Source: an uncultured Planctomycetota bacterium (GTDB lineage: Bacteria > Planctomycetota > Planctomycetia > Isosphaerales > Isosphaeraceae). From it: 64,000 bases of DNA. Below, in pieces: positions 1-10,899 of this stretch. Both the position numbers and the translations under genes were made by a program. How positions within the stretch are numbered: position 1 is the first letter of the stretch; every line of letters begins with the position of its first letter. Location: NCBI GenBank assembly GCA_963823665.1, contig CAWGMQ010000004.1, positions 1,632,001 through 1,696,000 of the forward strand, in the 5' to 3' direction. Under the pieces are notes generated by a model that did no database searches, was not told the DNA's origin, and was given only the letters and a program-made list of their open reading frames with translations.

Positions 1-1358
1 TACTTGGGCGGAGGCTGTACGACCAGCGCCGAGCCGATGATCCTAACGTCTCCCGTCGCTTCCGCTCCGACCACGATTGTTACCTTGCCCGGATTGCTCA
101 CGGTGGTCGCTGGTGTACTCTCGGGACCGGTTGCCGTGACCTGGTAATTTAGCGTATCGGTGCCGAGGTACCCGGTGTCGGGCGTGTACGTGAACGTTCC
201 GGTTGATGAGTTGAAGTTGCTGATCGTGCCGTGCGTCGGTTGACTGAGCAGCGCGTAACTGAGCGTGCTTGGCGTCGACGTGTTGGGAAACCCGCTCTGG
301 CCGTTGAGCTGCACCTGTCCCGGAGTGTTCTGAGCAACGGTGCCGGTCGTCGCGTTGGCAAAAGGCCGGAAGTTGATTGTCGGGCTGGCCGGCCCGCCGT
401 ACGCACCCACCGTCACCATGAACGATTGAGACATGGTCGAGGTGCCGTCATGGGCGGTGACGGTGATCGTCGCGGTTTCGCCTGGCATCGCCTGGGTCGT
501 GTCGATCAAAAGGGTGCCGTTGGGATTCGTGTCTGAAAGCGTCGCGGACGTGATCGTCAGCGCCGAATTCGTAACCGGCTGTGAATTCTCTCCGGTGACC
601 GTGTTGTCCATGACCGGGACCTGGGTCATCTGGCCAAGGGTAGTCGTTCCCGTGAGCATCTGGCCGAAGACCGTGTAGCCGTATCCGAGCTGGGAGTTCA
701 GCGACCCGGTGTTGATGAAGAACTGTGTGTCGTTACTGTCGGTCCCGCCGCTATTGGCCATGGCGATCTGATTGATGCCAGAAAGCGGCAGTTGTTGCAG
801 GTTCTCGTTGGCAAACGGCGTTCCCGGCTGCCCGCTGCTCCCACTTCCGGTGTCGCTCAGCGAGCCTCCTTGAACGACGAAAAACGTCGTGCCGCCGAAG
901 TCCGTAACGATGCGAGGGAAGAATGTATTATTATAGAAACCATCATTGGTGAATTCGTTGATCATATTCGCGGTGTTCGGCGTGAGGTCGTTGAACAACT
1001 GAAACGTTAGACTGCCCGTGAAGTCGGCGTGGGGGGTAGTTGTGCTGGTGTTGGTGTAGGAAATGCCGAGTGTCCAGAACTGGCCCTGAATGATCGAGGC
1101 GGCGATGTCCGGATTGCTGGAAGTGACGGTGAATGTCTGGGGGTCCGTCTGCCCGGTGTTGGCAAGTAATGGCTGTGTGTAGCCCTGCTGCGCCGGGACG
1201 GTGAGGTTCGAAATCGATTGCAGAGTGGCAGCCAGTAGTTGACGGTCCTCGAGCGCCTCGCACTGCGGCTGCTGGCTCAAGCGACGGCCTGGCTTTCTGG
1301 TGGTTTCCCCGGACTGTCGCTTCAAGTTGGAACCGTCGACCCTGTTCCGGTGCCACAT
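1..1358 (-). CDS. Exported cyclophilin-type peptidyl-prolyl isomerase with C-terminal Ig/cadherin-like repeats (runs off the window start)
   Basis: Manual translation from ATG 1358 (GGAGG upstream) gives MWHRNRVDGS...CEALEDRQLLA (planctomycete export motif). Cyclophilin motifs follow: FYNNTFFPRIV, FVVQGGS, IAMANSGGTDSNDTQFFIN, YTVFGQ. Then PTHGTI...TFTYTPDTGYLGTDT (Big_9/cadherin-like). No stop before base 1, which is why it is missing from the ORF track. Confidence 0.85.
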   Translation of the reverse strand, partial: MWHRNRVDGSNLKRQSGETTRKPGRRLSQQPQCEALEDRQLLAATLQSISNLTVPAQQGYTQPLLANTGQTDPQTFTVTSSNPDIAASIIQGQFWTLGISYTNTSTTTPHADFTGSLTFQLFNDLTPNTANMINEFTNDGFYNNTFFPRIVTDFGGTTFFVVQGGSLSDTGSGSSGQPGTPFANENLQQLPLSGINQIAMANSGGTDSNDTQFFINTGSLNSQLGYGYTVFGQMLTGTTTLGQMTQVPVMDNTVTGENSQPVTNSALTITSATLSDTNPNGTLLIDTTQAMPGETATITVTAHDGTSTMSQSFMVTVGAYGGPASPTINFRPFANATTGTVAQNTPGQVQLNGQSGFPNTSTPSTLSYALLSQPTHGTISNFNSSTGTFTYTPDTGYLGTDTLNYQVTATGPESTPATTVSNPGKVTIVVGAEATGDVRIIGSALVVQPPPK

Positions 1359-1734
1359 ACAATACCTCCTGCAAGCTCGATTCACGCGGTCATCCAACCG
1401 CAGCTCGTCGCGCTCGGGCGGCGCGGAGCCCCAACGTGACTTCCTATGTATCGGTTCTGCACTTTGCGTTGCTTGACCAGGATGCTCGAACGCAGCGCAT
1501 TGCCTGGTGCCGGCCCGATCGATACGCGACACCGTGAGCCGATCTGCCGCGTTCGCGGGTTCAGTCCCGTAACCTAGATCCTTTCGTTGCTTATACTTCC
1601 GTGAAACAACCCGGGGCACCTGATTGACACCGGCACCGGGCTTTCCTATAGTATGGCTGGACTGTTGGAATGCATGCAATTCCCTATCCGATCCCACGTC
1701 GCGATCGATTCTTCTCGAATGCCGGTCTTCTCGA

Positions 1735-4700
1735 ATGCCGGGCAAGGACGTAACTACTGGGGATGAACCCCGAACTGTAGAGCACGAGTCGATGCCGATC
1801 CCCGACCAGCCCAACCCCCGCGATGAGACCGCCTCCTTGCCGCAAGGCGCCCGTGCGCCTGTTGCGGAGGATGGAGCGGGGGTGTCGAGCTCCGACGGGT
1901 CGCCGACGGTGCACCGAAAGCCGGGCAGCTCGTCACAAAATCGATCGGCGACTCCACCCGCAGCCCTCCAGACGGCCGGGGTCTTTCCTCTACCCGGCGA
2001 GGTGCTGGACGGTTTCGCGATCGAAGAAGTGATTGGCGTGGGGGGGATGGGTGCGGTCTACCGCGCCCTCGACACGAAACTGGATCGTCAGGTTGCCCTC
2101 AAGCTACTGCCTCCCGATCAGGGCGCCGATCCCGAGGTCGTTGCGCGGTTTTACCAGGAAGGCCGATCGGCAGCGCGGCTGGATCACGAGAATATCGCCC
2201 GGGTGTATTCCATCGGGCAGCACGGGGCCTTCCACTTCATTGCCTTCGAGTTCATCGAAGGCGAGACAGTTCGCGCGCGCACCGAGACCGCAGGCGCGCT
2301 GCCGGTGAGCGAGGCCGTGCACATCGCGCTGGAAATCGCTCACGCTCTCGTGCATGCGTCCGAACGAGGCGTGGTGCACCGCGACATCAAACCCTCGAAC
2401 ATCATCATCACGTCCACTGGCCGGGCGAAGCTCGTCGATATGGGGCTGGCGCGCCGATTCGAGCGCGGCGGTGATAACGGGCTCACTCAAAGCGGCATGA
2501 CGCTGGGCACATTCGACTACATCAGTCCCGAGCAGGCTCGCGACCCTCGCGACGTGGACGTGCGCAGCGATTTGTATTCGCTGGGCTGCACCATGTTTCA
2601 GATGTTGACCGGCCGTCCCCCTTTCCCTGGTGGAACTGTCCTTCAAAAACTCATCCAGCACCAGGAAGAGCCTGCCCCGGACGTTCGAACGCTCAATCCG
2701 CAGGTTCCCGCCGAACTGGCCGGAATGATCGCCAAGCTCATGGCCAAGGACCGTGATCGCCGCTATCAGACGCCGGAGCATCTGGTCCGCGATCTGCTGG
2801 GCGTTGCCGGCTCGATCGGCTTGACGCCGCCGTCTTTCTCTTTCCCGGGCTGGCAGGCTGAAGGCACTCGTCACTCCTGGGAGCGCAACCTCATCTGGCT
2901 GGTGCCGGTCGCCGGGCTGGCCGCTACGGTTCTGGGTCTGGCATGGTGGGGTCGAGACCTGGCCCGGACATCGTCGCGCTCGCCGCGACAGGCCGATTCG
3001 GCCGCCACGCGCCGCTCGAGCGACCTGGCGAATGATTCGGGCTCGCCGTTATCTGGGTCCTCAGCGGGAGTGTCCGAGCGGCCCAGCAGCAACGAGGCGG
3101 CGAGCTCGGCACCGGTTTACTCTCGCAACATCCCGGTCAGCTCCAATGAAGACCTCCTCGAAATCCTCGCAACGGCACCCCGCAGGTCCGTGATCGTTCT
3201 TTCCGACGACGGGCCCTACCAGATCGGTGGCCGCGCCTGGTCCTTCCGAGCACCTGCTCCGATTTCGAATGCAGACTTGACGATCAAGGCCGAAGCTGGA
3301 GTCCGCCCGGTACTGAAATTTACCTCTCAGTCGCGCCTGGCCGATCGCCCGCCCGCGAACTTGCTGCGTTTCGTAGGCGGTCATGTGACCATCGAAGGCG
3401 TCGCGTTCGAGCTCGACGTCGTTCTGCCCGACGAGCCCGTCGCCGCCATAGGAGCCGATGGCACCGAACTGACGCTCCGAGGTTGCTCGTTCAGGCGCAC
3501 GAATTCGCAGGAAGGCAGGAATGTCGCCGCAGTCTCAATCCGTCAAATGCACCCTCCAGCCTCTGCCGGTGACCGGCCGCCGGCGGTGTTCGTGGATATG
3601 TGCCACTTCGACGGAGGTCAGACCGCGATCCTCGCAACCGGCCCCGCTGACCTGGCCCTCCGAGACTGTACGATGGGGCCTGGCCAGCCATCGATCTGGC
3701 TGGACAACACCGGCTCGAGTTCACCGGTCTTCGCCGAGCTTCGACTTTCACATTCGAGCATCATGACCGGGAGTGACCCCGTGTTTCGGTTCGACGGCAG
3801 CCAGGTCCGCGTCTGGGTGGACGACTGCGTCGTTGCGCCGGTCGGCAGGTCCAGCGCAACGCTCGTCATGATCGACAATCCGCGTTATCTCAACTGGCAC
3901 GGCCGTTCCAACCTCTATTCCAGAATTGAAGTCTTTCGAAGCCTGCTCGGGTGCAGCGGAGCGCCAGGAGCCGATCGTCGATTTCGCGAGCTGGATGGAA
4001 ACCAATACCGATCGTCGCGAGTCTGGCTCCAGGATGCTAGCCGCCTCGGTATGGGACGCTGCCGATCCTTCCACCGCTCTCGCCGCAGAACGTGACAACC
4101 CGACCCGCGCCTTTCAGTTGGATCAGGCAGTGGCCCAAACCAGCGATGCCGGCGCTCACCGCGGGCCTTTCGGCTCGATTCTCAGAAACGCCAACATCGC
4201 CAGCCACCCTCGGGATACGGTTGACGAGGCGCCGCCTGGCTCAACTCGCCGCACCGAAGAGCTCGCGCTCGAATCGTAACCGAAGCGAGCCTGCCGTTAC
4301 GAACGCTGAACCGGCCAAGACGCCGGCTCCGATGCCTATCGCGACAGCAAACAATCCGGCACTCGGGCCGTTGGAAGATGACGCGGCGGATCCCCCCCCA
4401 ATGCCACTCATGCCGCCGACGTCGCAAACCACAACAAACGCGGTGGAAGCGTCCCCGAATGGAGCAGAAATCGCATCTTCCGCGCCGGACAATCGCGGCG
4501 CGAGGAGGCCGATCGGTCAGTGCGGGCGCAGACAGTCCGTCGTCGCCCCAGCGTGATCGCCGTCCCGCGGCGCTCTCGGACCAGGGAATCATCCACAATA
4601 GCGAGGAGTTGCTCGCACAGCTCCGTCGGATCGGAGGGCAGGGCGGCGTGATCCGGATCGCCGCCGATGCTGTTCTCGATCTGCCCACGATTGCCCTCGA

Positions 4701-5736
4701 GGGAACCGGCCGGATCCAACTTCTGGCCGAGCCCGGTGTCAAGCGGCCCCTGGTCCGTTTCCGGCCGGCGCAATCCGTTCAACGTTCGCCGGCGGATTGG
4801 ACGGTCATGGTTGACCTCCGCGCGGGGTTCCTCCATCTTGAGGGAATCGATGTAGTCGTTCCCGACATCGAGACTCTACGAACACATCGCGTGGCGGCAG
4901 TGGGTCTTCTCCCGGGAGCCGAGCTGACGATGACCAACTGCTCCTTGACCGTGGCAATCAATCGGCCCGGAGCCGACCTGCTCGTCGTTCAGCCCGAGGT
5001 CGCGACCGCGACAACCCCCGCCTTGGGTGGAAGCTCCGGGCAGAGCGCAGTGATTCGTCTGAGGGATTGCTTCATTCGTTCGGGTGGCGAGGGTGTCGCC
5101 GTTGCCGCTGGCCGCAGGATCGATCTGGAGCTGTCCAACGTACTCGCCGCCACTGACGGGAGTCTCCTCCATGCTTTCGGAGGCGCCCGATCCGGGCACG
5201 CCGACTCGCCGGCGCTGAAATTTCACCTGAACCACGTCACGGCTCGCATCAAGGGCGGGCTGCTCCACCTCGAGAGCACGCCCGAGGAGCCAGAGCTGCC
5301 ATTCACGTCGATCCTCGCGGAAAGCACAATTCTGACAACAGCCAACCACGACGATCCCTTGTTCCGGCTCGATGGCCGTGATGAGTCGGATGATCTGGCT
5401 AACAAAATCCAGTGGGAAGGCCGAAAAGTCGCCTACGACCGGATCAAGACTTACCGCCGCGATGAAATCGCCAAGATCGGAGGCATTCCCAAAATCTACA
5501 ACCGCGCCGACTGGACGAGTGCATTCCTTCCCAAGGACGATGCTCCCATCCTGGGCGATGTGAGGTTTCTCCGCGACATCGACCCTGGACAAGCCGCCTG
5601 GAAGCTGGAGCGCGATGACCTCCGGCTCTCCCCGCAGAGCCCCCTGGGCGACGCGGGCTCGGACGTCAGCCGCATTCCCCAGCCTCCAGACCCGGGCAGT
5701 CTCGACAGTTCGCGTCCCACCACCGGGCGAGAGTGA
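1735..5736 (+). CDS. Membrane Ser/Thr protein kinase with two tandem extracytoplasmic beta-helix-like domains (3 apparent frameshifts near 3935, 4275, 4505)
   Basis: Hanks motifs IGVGGMGAVY, VALK, HRDIKPSN, DMGLAR, GTFDYISPEQ, DLYSLG; TM segment LIWLVPVAGLAATVLGLAWW. Coding continues through ORFs 3926-4279, 4092-4556 and 4378-5736. Start could be 1735 or 1792. Confidence 0.85.
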
Positions 5737-5751
5737 GCCGCCGCCGCCGCG

Positions 5752-6942
5752 TTACTCGCCCCGACCATCGATGAGGCTTTCGAGCTCGTGAGCTGCCCGA
5801 GAAATGTTCCCGGCACGGAGCTCGTCTCGGGCACTGGCCAGTTTCTCGACGTGCGCGGCACGGAAGGGAACAGCCTCGCCGGGAGATGGCGCAGCGGGGA
5901 CCATTCGCTCGATCATCGATTCGACGAGCGCGTCCATGCCGTCGCCGCGCTCGGCCGAGACCGTCACGGGCGGCGTGGTGCGCAGGCCGATGTCGCCGAC
6001 GTTCCAGGCCGGCTGGAGATCCGCCTTGTTGGCAACCAAAAGCGCATTCGTGATGGTCGCGATCAACTGCTGGTCGATCGGCTGTAGACTCTCCGACCGA
6101 TCAAGCACCAGCAGAACCAGATCGGCGTCGCCAAGCTCCCGCCCGGCACGTTCGATTCCCAGTAATTCGATGGCATCATCCGTCGCCCGCAGGCCAGCCG
6201 TATCCGTGAGGTCCACGGGCCAGCCTCCGAGTGCGGTTCGGAAGGCGATCACATCACGCGTCGTTCCCGGGGTGGCGTCGACGATGGCGCGCGAAAAACC
6301 GCAAAGTGCATTGAGCAATCGGCTCTTACCCACGTTGGGTCGCCCGGCGATGACGACCTTCCACCCGGATAGAAGATGCAGCCCGACGGCCGAGCGCTCG
6401 ATGAGTGCATCCAGACGAGCACAGGCGACCGCCGCATCCTGCTCAGCCAGCATGACTATGCCCGCGATCTCGTCCCGCAAGGCGCCGTGGAACTGATGGA
6501 GCAAAATCTCGGCAGTGAGCACCGTCGGCGCGTGTGCCAGGTCCTCTAGTGCCTCCGCCGAGAGCCCGTCATTGCCCGGGTGATCGAACCGAGGGATTTC
6601 CCAGCGTCCGCCGCGCCGCACGCCTGCGTGCTCGAGCGATTGAAGCACCGATTCGACCGCCGCCACACCGCCGTGACACTGAATCTCGACCGCCGGAACC
6701 TCGGTTTCGTTCAGCACGGCGACAACAACTTCGTCGCCCAGACCCGCACCCATCCGCCCCACTCGCAGCCGCCCGGAAACATCCTTATCGAGTGGCGTCG
6801 CTGTGTACGGGCGAAAGCCAAGACCGACAGCCTCGATTGCGCCTTCACCCCAGACCCGAATCACCGCGATGGCGCCTCGGCCCGCGGCCGTCAACACGGC
6901 GAAGAAGGGTCCGTTGTTCGAATGCTCGAGGCTTGCGTTCAA
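5752..6942 (-). CDS. mnmE: MnmE/TrmE-family GTPase
   Basis: N-terminal LTAAGRGAIAVIRVWG, EIQCHGG; G motifs GRPNVGKS, PGTTRD, DTAG, NKAD, SA. Lacks the C-terminal FCxGK motif, so it may be a paralog. Confidence 0.8.
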   Translation of the reverse strand: MNASLEHSNNGPFFAVLTAAGRGAIAVIRVWGEGAIEAVGLGFRPYTATPLDKDVSGRLRVGRMGAGLGDEVVVAVLNETEVPAVEIQCHGGVAAVESVLQSLEHAGVRRGGRWEIPRFDHPGNDGLSAEALEDLAHAPTVLTAEILLHQFHGALRDEIAGIVMLAEQDAAVACARLDALIERSAVGLHLLSGWKVVIAGRPNVGKSRLLNALCGFSRAIVDATPGTTRDVIAFRTALGGWPVDLTDTAGLRATDDAIELLGIERAGRELGDADLVLLVLDRSESLQPIDQQLIATITNALLVANKADLQPAWNVGDIGLRTTPPVTVSAERGDGMDALVESMIERMVPAAPSPGEAVPFRAAHVEKLASARDELRAGNISRAAHELESLIDGRGE

Positions 6943-6943
6943 G

Positions 6944-7137
6944 GGCTGCAGGCTCCCCCGATCTGCACCATCTGCACGAGGTCAGTTGCCTCACGGTACA
7001 CGGCGCGGCGAAGTTCGGAAAGCTTCTCGTTTCCAACAGGAATTAGTGAACAACGCCCTAGCCCACGAGGGGACGAACTCCTGCACCGCAGCCTTCAACC
7101 TGATCGATCCTTGAGTAACTTGTTGTCAGCTACAGCC
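6944..7137 (-). ncRNA. Candidate 194-nt rod-shaped structured RNA (6S-like)
   Basis: Nested helices on the minus strand: GGCUGUAG/CUGCAGCC (ends), UCAGGUUG/CAACUGA, GCGGUGCA/UGUACCGU, GGAGUUCG/CGAACUUC, CUCGU/ACGAG. Several G-U pairs favour the minus strand. No convincing ORF here. Confidence 0.5.
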
Positions 7138-7243
7138 AGCCGCCATACAATCTCGCTTCGAAAGTCAGGCGCGACGGATTCAGCGTTGGGCACTCCCAAG
7201 CGTCGGACGGCCTGGACCCGTCCCAGAGCCGTGGGACGCTCTC

Positions 7244-9720
7244 ATGCTCCAAACGCCTCCTGAGTCGAGGTTTGTCCCTGGGACACGCGTCCGCGTCACG
7301 CACAGCGTCCGCGTCGGTGACAGGCGCTGGCAAACGCAGGTCGAGGGGGTCGTCGAACTGGAAGGCACCCGGCCGGTCGGCGGGATGGAGATGGGGGGAA
7401 AAGCGTCGTACTGCTTGCAGCCCACGATCCGCCTGAAGCGCGACGACGGCGAAACGACCGTCGTCGCTCTCGACGGCGGCACCCGAGTCGAGGAAGTCTC
7501 CGCGGCGGCTAGCCCGACCGTGGACGCGACCAGAACGCCCGCCAGCTCCGATGCGAGCTGGCTGGCAGCCGGAGCGGTAATCGTCGTTCACGGCGTGGGA
7601 AACCAGGAGCGCGGGGCGACGCTCACGACGCTCATGCAAGCGATCGGCAACCTGGCGCCGGGCGGCACCGGGAACGAGGTGGTCGCCCAGGGTGATGTCT
7701 TGGTGAAGCCATCCGACGAGCCTGACATGCCCCTTGGCTCCCCGCGCGCCGCGGCGAGTGCATCAGTGCCTATTGCCCGCACGCCGAGCTTCGATGGAGC
7801 GACGGCAAGACCTGTCGTTCGTTGCCGTGCTACGAGTTCTACTGGGCCAACGAGAGCCGGGTTGGTGACTCCATCTGGAACCAGGCTCGGAGCTACTGGC
7901 AAATCCTCGCGGGCCTGCCACGTCTCGGCCTGTACGCAATGGACGGCCCCGCCGGAAGCCGGCCGCGCTTGGTCGATAGCGCAGTGCGCTTCTTCTACAC
8001 GGTCGCCTGGGCGACTCTGGTGCCACGGCTCCTGCTTGGAATGCTCATGGGGGGATGTCGGCTTCGAGGCTACTCGACCGCATTCATCGCACTTTATTAC
8101 CCGTTTGCCTGGGTCGACGTTATCCGCACTTGGGCTGACGTGTTGTTCATTCTCACGCTGGCAGTGTGGTGGCTATGGACGCCCCGGCGAGACAGGGAGA
8201 TTCTTGGCCAAGTCGCGACAACGGCCCTTCTCGCACTGACCGCAGGCACCATCCTCTCCGACTTGGTCCCCCTCGGCATTCGTTTCGATCCGTTCAAACA
8301 CTTCGAGCTCCTGCTCCGGTTCATACGGGGCGAGTTCATCCCGCCCCCTGAGCATTTTGATCCTGGCTCGTACGACCCACGCTCGCTCTACGTGTTCAAC
8401 ACCGTCACGGGCCTGCTGTGGATGCTCGGCTACGCACTGATCCTGCTCGGGATTGTATGCGCGAGCTTAAGCTCGTTCGCCGCCTGGCTGCGTCGCCGGC
8501 TTCAAGGTCCGCGGCCGGGAGGGGCCGACCACACGATCGACGCTCAGACGAGAGTTGCCACCGGCTGGTGGCTTGGCGTGGGCTTCGTCGTGCTGGTTCT
8601 TCACCCGCTCGCCTTCATTCACGATTGGAGCTTGAAGGAACGCGATCGCGCGTCGTGGACCCTCTTGACATTTCATTTCATACCCGAAGACATGTACGAT
8701 CTGCGTTTGATATCCTGGAAAGATGGCAGGGGAGTGACGACTTCGGGCAAGAGCCTGGTGATCGTTGGCCCCGATAACGACCGATTGCTCCACATTCGTA
8801 TCTTCAACGCCGATGGCGATCTCGTCACGGACACCGACGAGAAGAAACTACTTACTCAACAGGGTGCGGCAACCACGGAACGGAAGAAGCAACAAGATGC
8901 AGAAATCTCTGCACTCAAGAAGCAGGTCGCGATCCTGTTGACGCGGCGTGCTCTGAGCAACGACGAGAAGGCCCAGATTCTCACCGAGGCGACGTCACTC
9001 GTCGGCCAGAATCCCGCGGTCAATGTTGATAAATTAGATATTTACATTTATCACATTTCAAATCAAATCTATCGCATATTTGAATTCATACTCAATCTTA
9101 TAATCGTACCCATATCCCTTGTCTCCTTTCTACTTTTAACGTCTTCGCATGTGAGGCAGATGTTGACACCAATCCTGGAATTGGCGCTCGACGTTCTGAA
9201 CTACCTGCCGCCCCGCCGATTCATCGACTCCTGGTCCGTTTCGCGATTCTTGCTCGGGGGAAGGCGCAGCACTCGGCGACCGAGGCTGGACGAGGTACTT
9301 GACGCCCGCCTTCGTACGTTGATTGCATTGGCGGCGGAACGGCACGGTGAGCCGGTGCGATTGGTGGCGCACAGTCTGGGGGCAATTATCGCGCTCTCCG
9401 CTGTCGATAACTGGCCCGGGCCCGGCCGCATAGTCGACCTGACGACCATGGGCAACCCCCTCATGCTCCTGGCTGAGCGGTTTCCGTACATCTACGGTCG
9501 GGCGCGATCCGACGGCGGACACCGCAACACGCCAGCCGTCCGCCGCTGGCGTAACTATTACTATAACCAGGACCTGATCGGTCGCAGCCTCGACCGACAG
9601 CTCACAGTCCCCGCCGGTGCTTCTCACGTGAAGTTCGAGCCCGACCTCTCGCTCGGCGACGGTACTCACACCGACTATTTCGGCGACCCACGTTTCGCCG
9701 CGCGGGTTTTATCAGTGTGA
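7244..9720 (+). CDS. Multi-TM alpha/beta-hydrolase (lipase-like), apparently preceded by or fused to a ~90-aa small domain; frameshift near 7820
   Basis: VIVVHGVGNQ in the first frame, then CYEFYWA, several TM helices, nucleophile elbow VAHSLG, LTTMGNPL, WRNYYYNQDLIG and HTDYF in ORF 7822-9720. Confidence 0.7.
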
Positions 9721-10899
9721 CGGATTCGACGGCTGCGCCGGAACTATGGCCCGTTTTGGTGTCGGTCGCAAGAGGCGTCGTAAGAGCCTGTCCAAGAGTG
9801 CGTCGCTTGGTGTCAATGCGAGCGGAGCCTGCCCTGATGCCGTCTGAATCAACCGAGATATCGGGACCACGCGGCGGAAGTCATTAGGGGCGTCCAGCAT
9901 GGCCGGTGCAGGTTGCGCAGATGGCGGTGCGAGTTTGCCCGGAGCCTGCGGGACCGCCTTGGGAAGTTCCGGGACCTGTCCCGGCGCGATTCCCTGATCC
10001 ACAGCCGCTGGCGGCATCGATACCGGCCCGACGACCTTCGGAAGCAGGTCTCGGGATCGATCGAGTAGCTGTTTCGTCGTAGCTTCCGTTTCCAGCCGCA
10101 CTCGATCGGCGCTGGTGACAATCGCCCCGGAGGACCACCACAGACGGATGTCGCCGACGTCGTCCTTTTCTTCCGCATCCCGCTCGAGCTCCATGACCAT
10201 CCATTGCACGAGATTGGTGTCGGGGTCGATCCAAATACCTACTGGGGGTCCCTGATCTCCCGCCTCTACACCCAGAGGTGCCTGTCCTCGCGGTTGAATG
10301 TCCACGACCCGCCAAAGGCGGTCATTGAAAACTGACTGGTAAGTGCGAATCCAGCTAGACTGCTGAGCGATCCGCGTCGGCGCGTCTGGTGCGGTCATCA
10401 ACGTCGCAAGGTACACGAGCAACTGAGGCCCTCCGACTTGAACAATCGCCATTTGCTCTGGATCAGGCGGCTTCGCCAGAGACCTGAGCGCGATCGCCGG
10501 CTGGGTCTCCACAGGCACAGGGCCCACAAAATCAGAGGCAATAAGTGGACTGAAGGGCTGGCTGGTGTTTTGATTGACCAGCGTCAGGCGCTCCTTATCG
10601 ACGGCCATGCCAGTTACTGTCGCATCCCACACCATCCGCTCCGACCGCACGAACCGCAGCGGTACCCGAGCGGTGACCTCATGCGGGACCCCTCGCTGGG
10701 AGTAAGTCAGTTTCAGCAGACCCTGATCGGCGTAAGCATCGATCTTCCGATAGGCTGCGGCAACTTCTTTAAGCCGCGTCTCCCCCGCCGAGCTCTGCGG
10801 TGCGGCAACCGGGACTTGGGCATCGACCCCCGAGCCGAGCGCCATCCACATCAAGGCGGCCGCTCCAACACCGCCCAGACCCATTGAATCCCGTCGCAT
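9712..10899 (-). CDS. Secreted hypothetical protein, LolA/DUF2092-like
   Basis: GGAGG then ATG; signal peptide ending VDA-Q; RLKEVAAAYRKIDAYADQG and IWIDPDTNLV patterns; Pro-rich tail. Confidence 0.55.
   Translation of the reverse strand: MRRDSMGLGGVGAAALMWMALGSGVDAQVPVAAPQSSAGETRLKEVAAAYRKIDAYADQGLLKLTYSQRGVPHEVTARVPLRFVRSERMVWDATVTGMAVDKERLTLVNQNTSQPFSPLIASDFVGPVPVETQPAIALRSLAKPPDPEQMAIVQVGGPQLLVYLATLMTAPDAPTRIAQQSSWIRTYQSVFNDRLWRVVDIQPRGQAPLGVEAGDQGPPVGIWIDPDTNLVQWMVMELERDAEEKDDVGDIRLWWSSGAIVTSADRVRLETEATTKQLLDRSRDLLPKVVGPVSMPPAAVDQGIAPGQVPELPKAVPQAPGKLAPPSAQPAPAMLDAPNDFRRVVPISRLIQTASGQAPLALTPSDALLDRLLRRLLRPTPKRAIVPAQPSNPSH

Noticed and set aside
1710..1741. 16-bp tandem duplication TCTTCTCGAATGCCGG x2 at the kinase start
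   Set aside because: Only two copies with no spacer; not CRISPR; may be a local duplication or assembly artefact.
6939..7146. Possible selenoprotein or readthrough ORF with in-frame TGA upstream of mnmE
   Set aside because: No redox motif, no good start and no clear SECIS; the RNA-structure explanation fits better.
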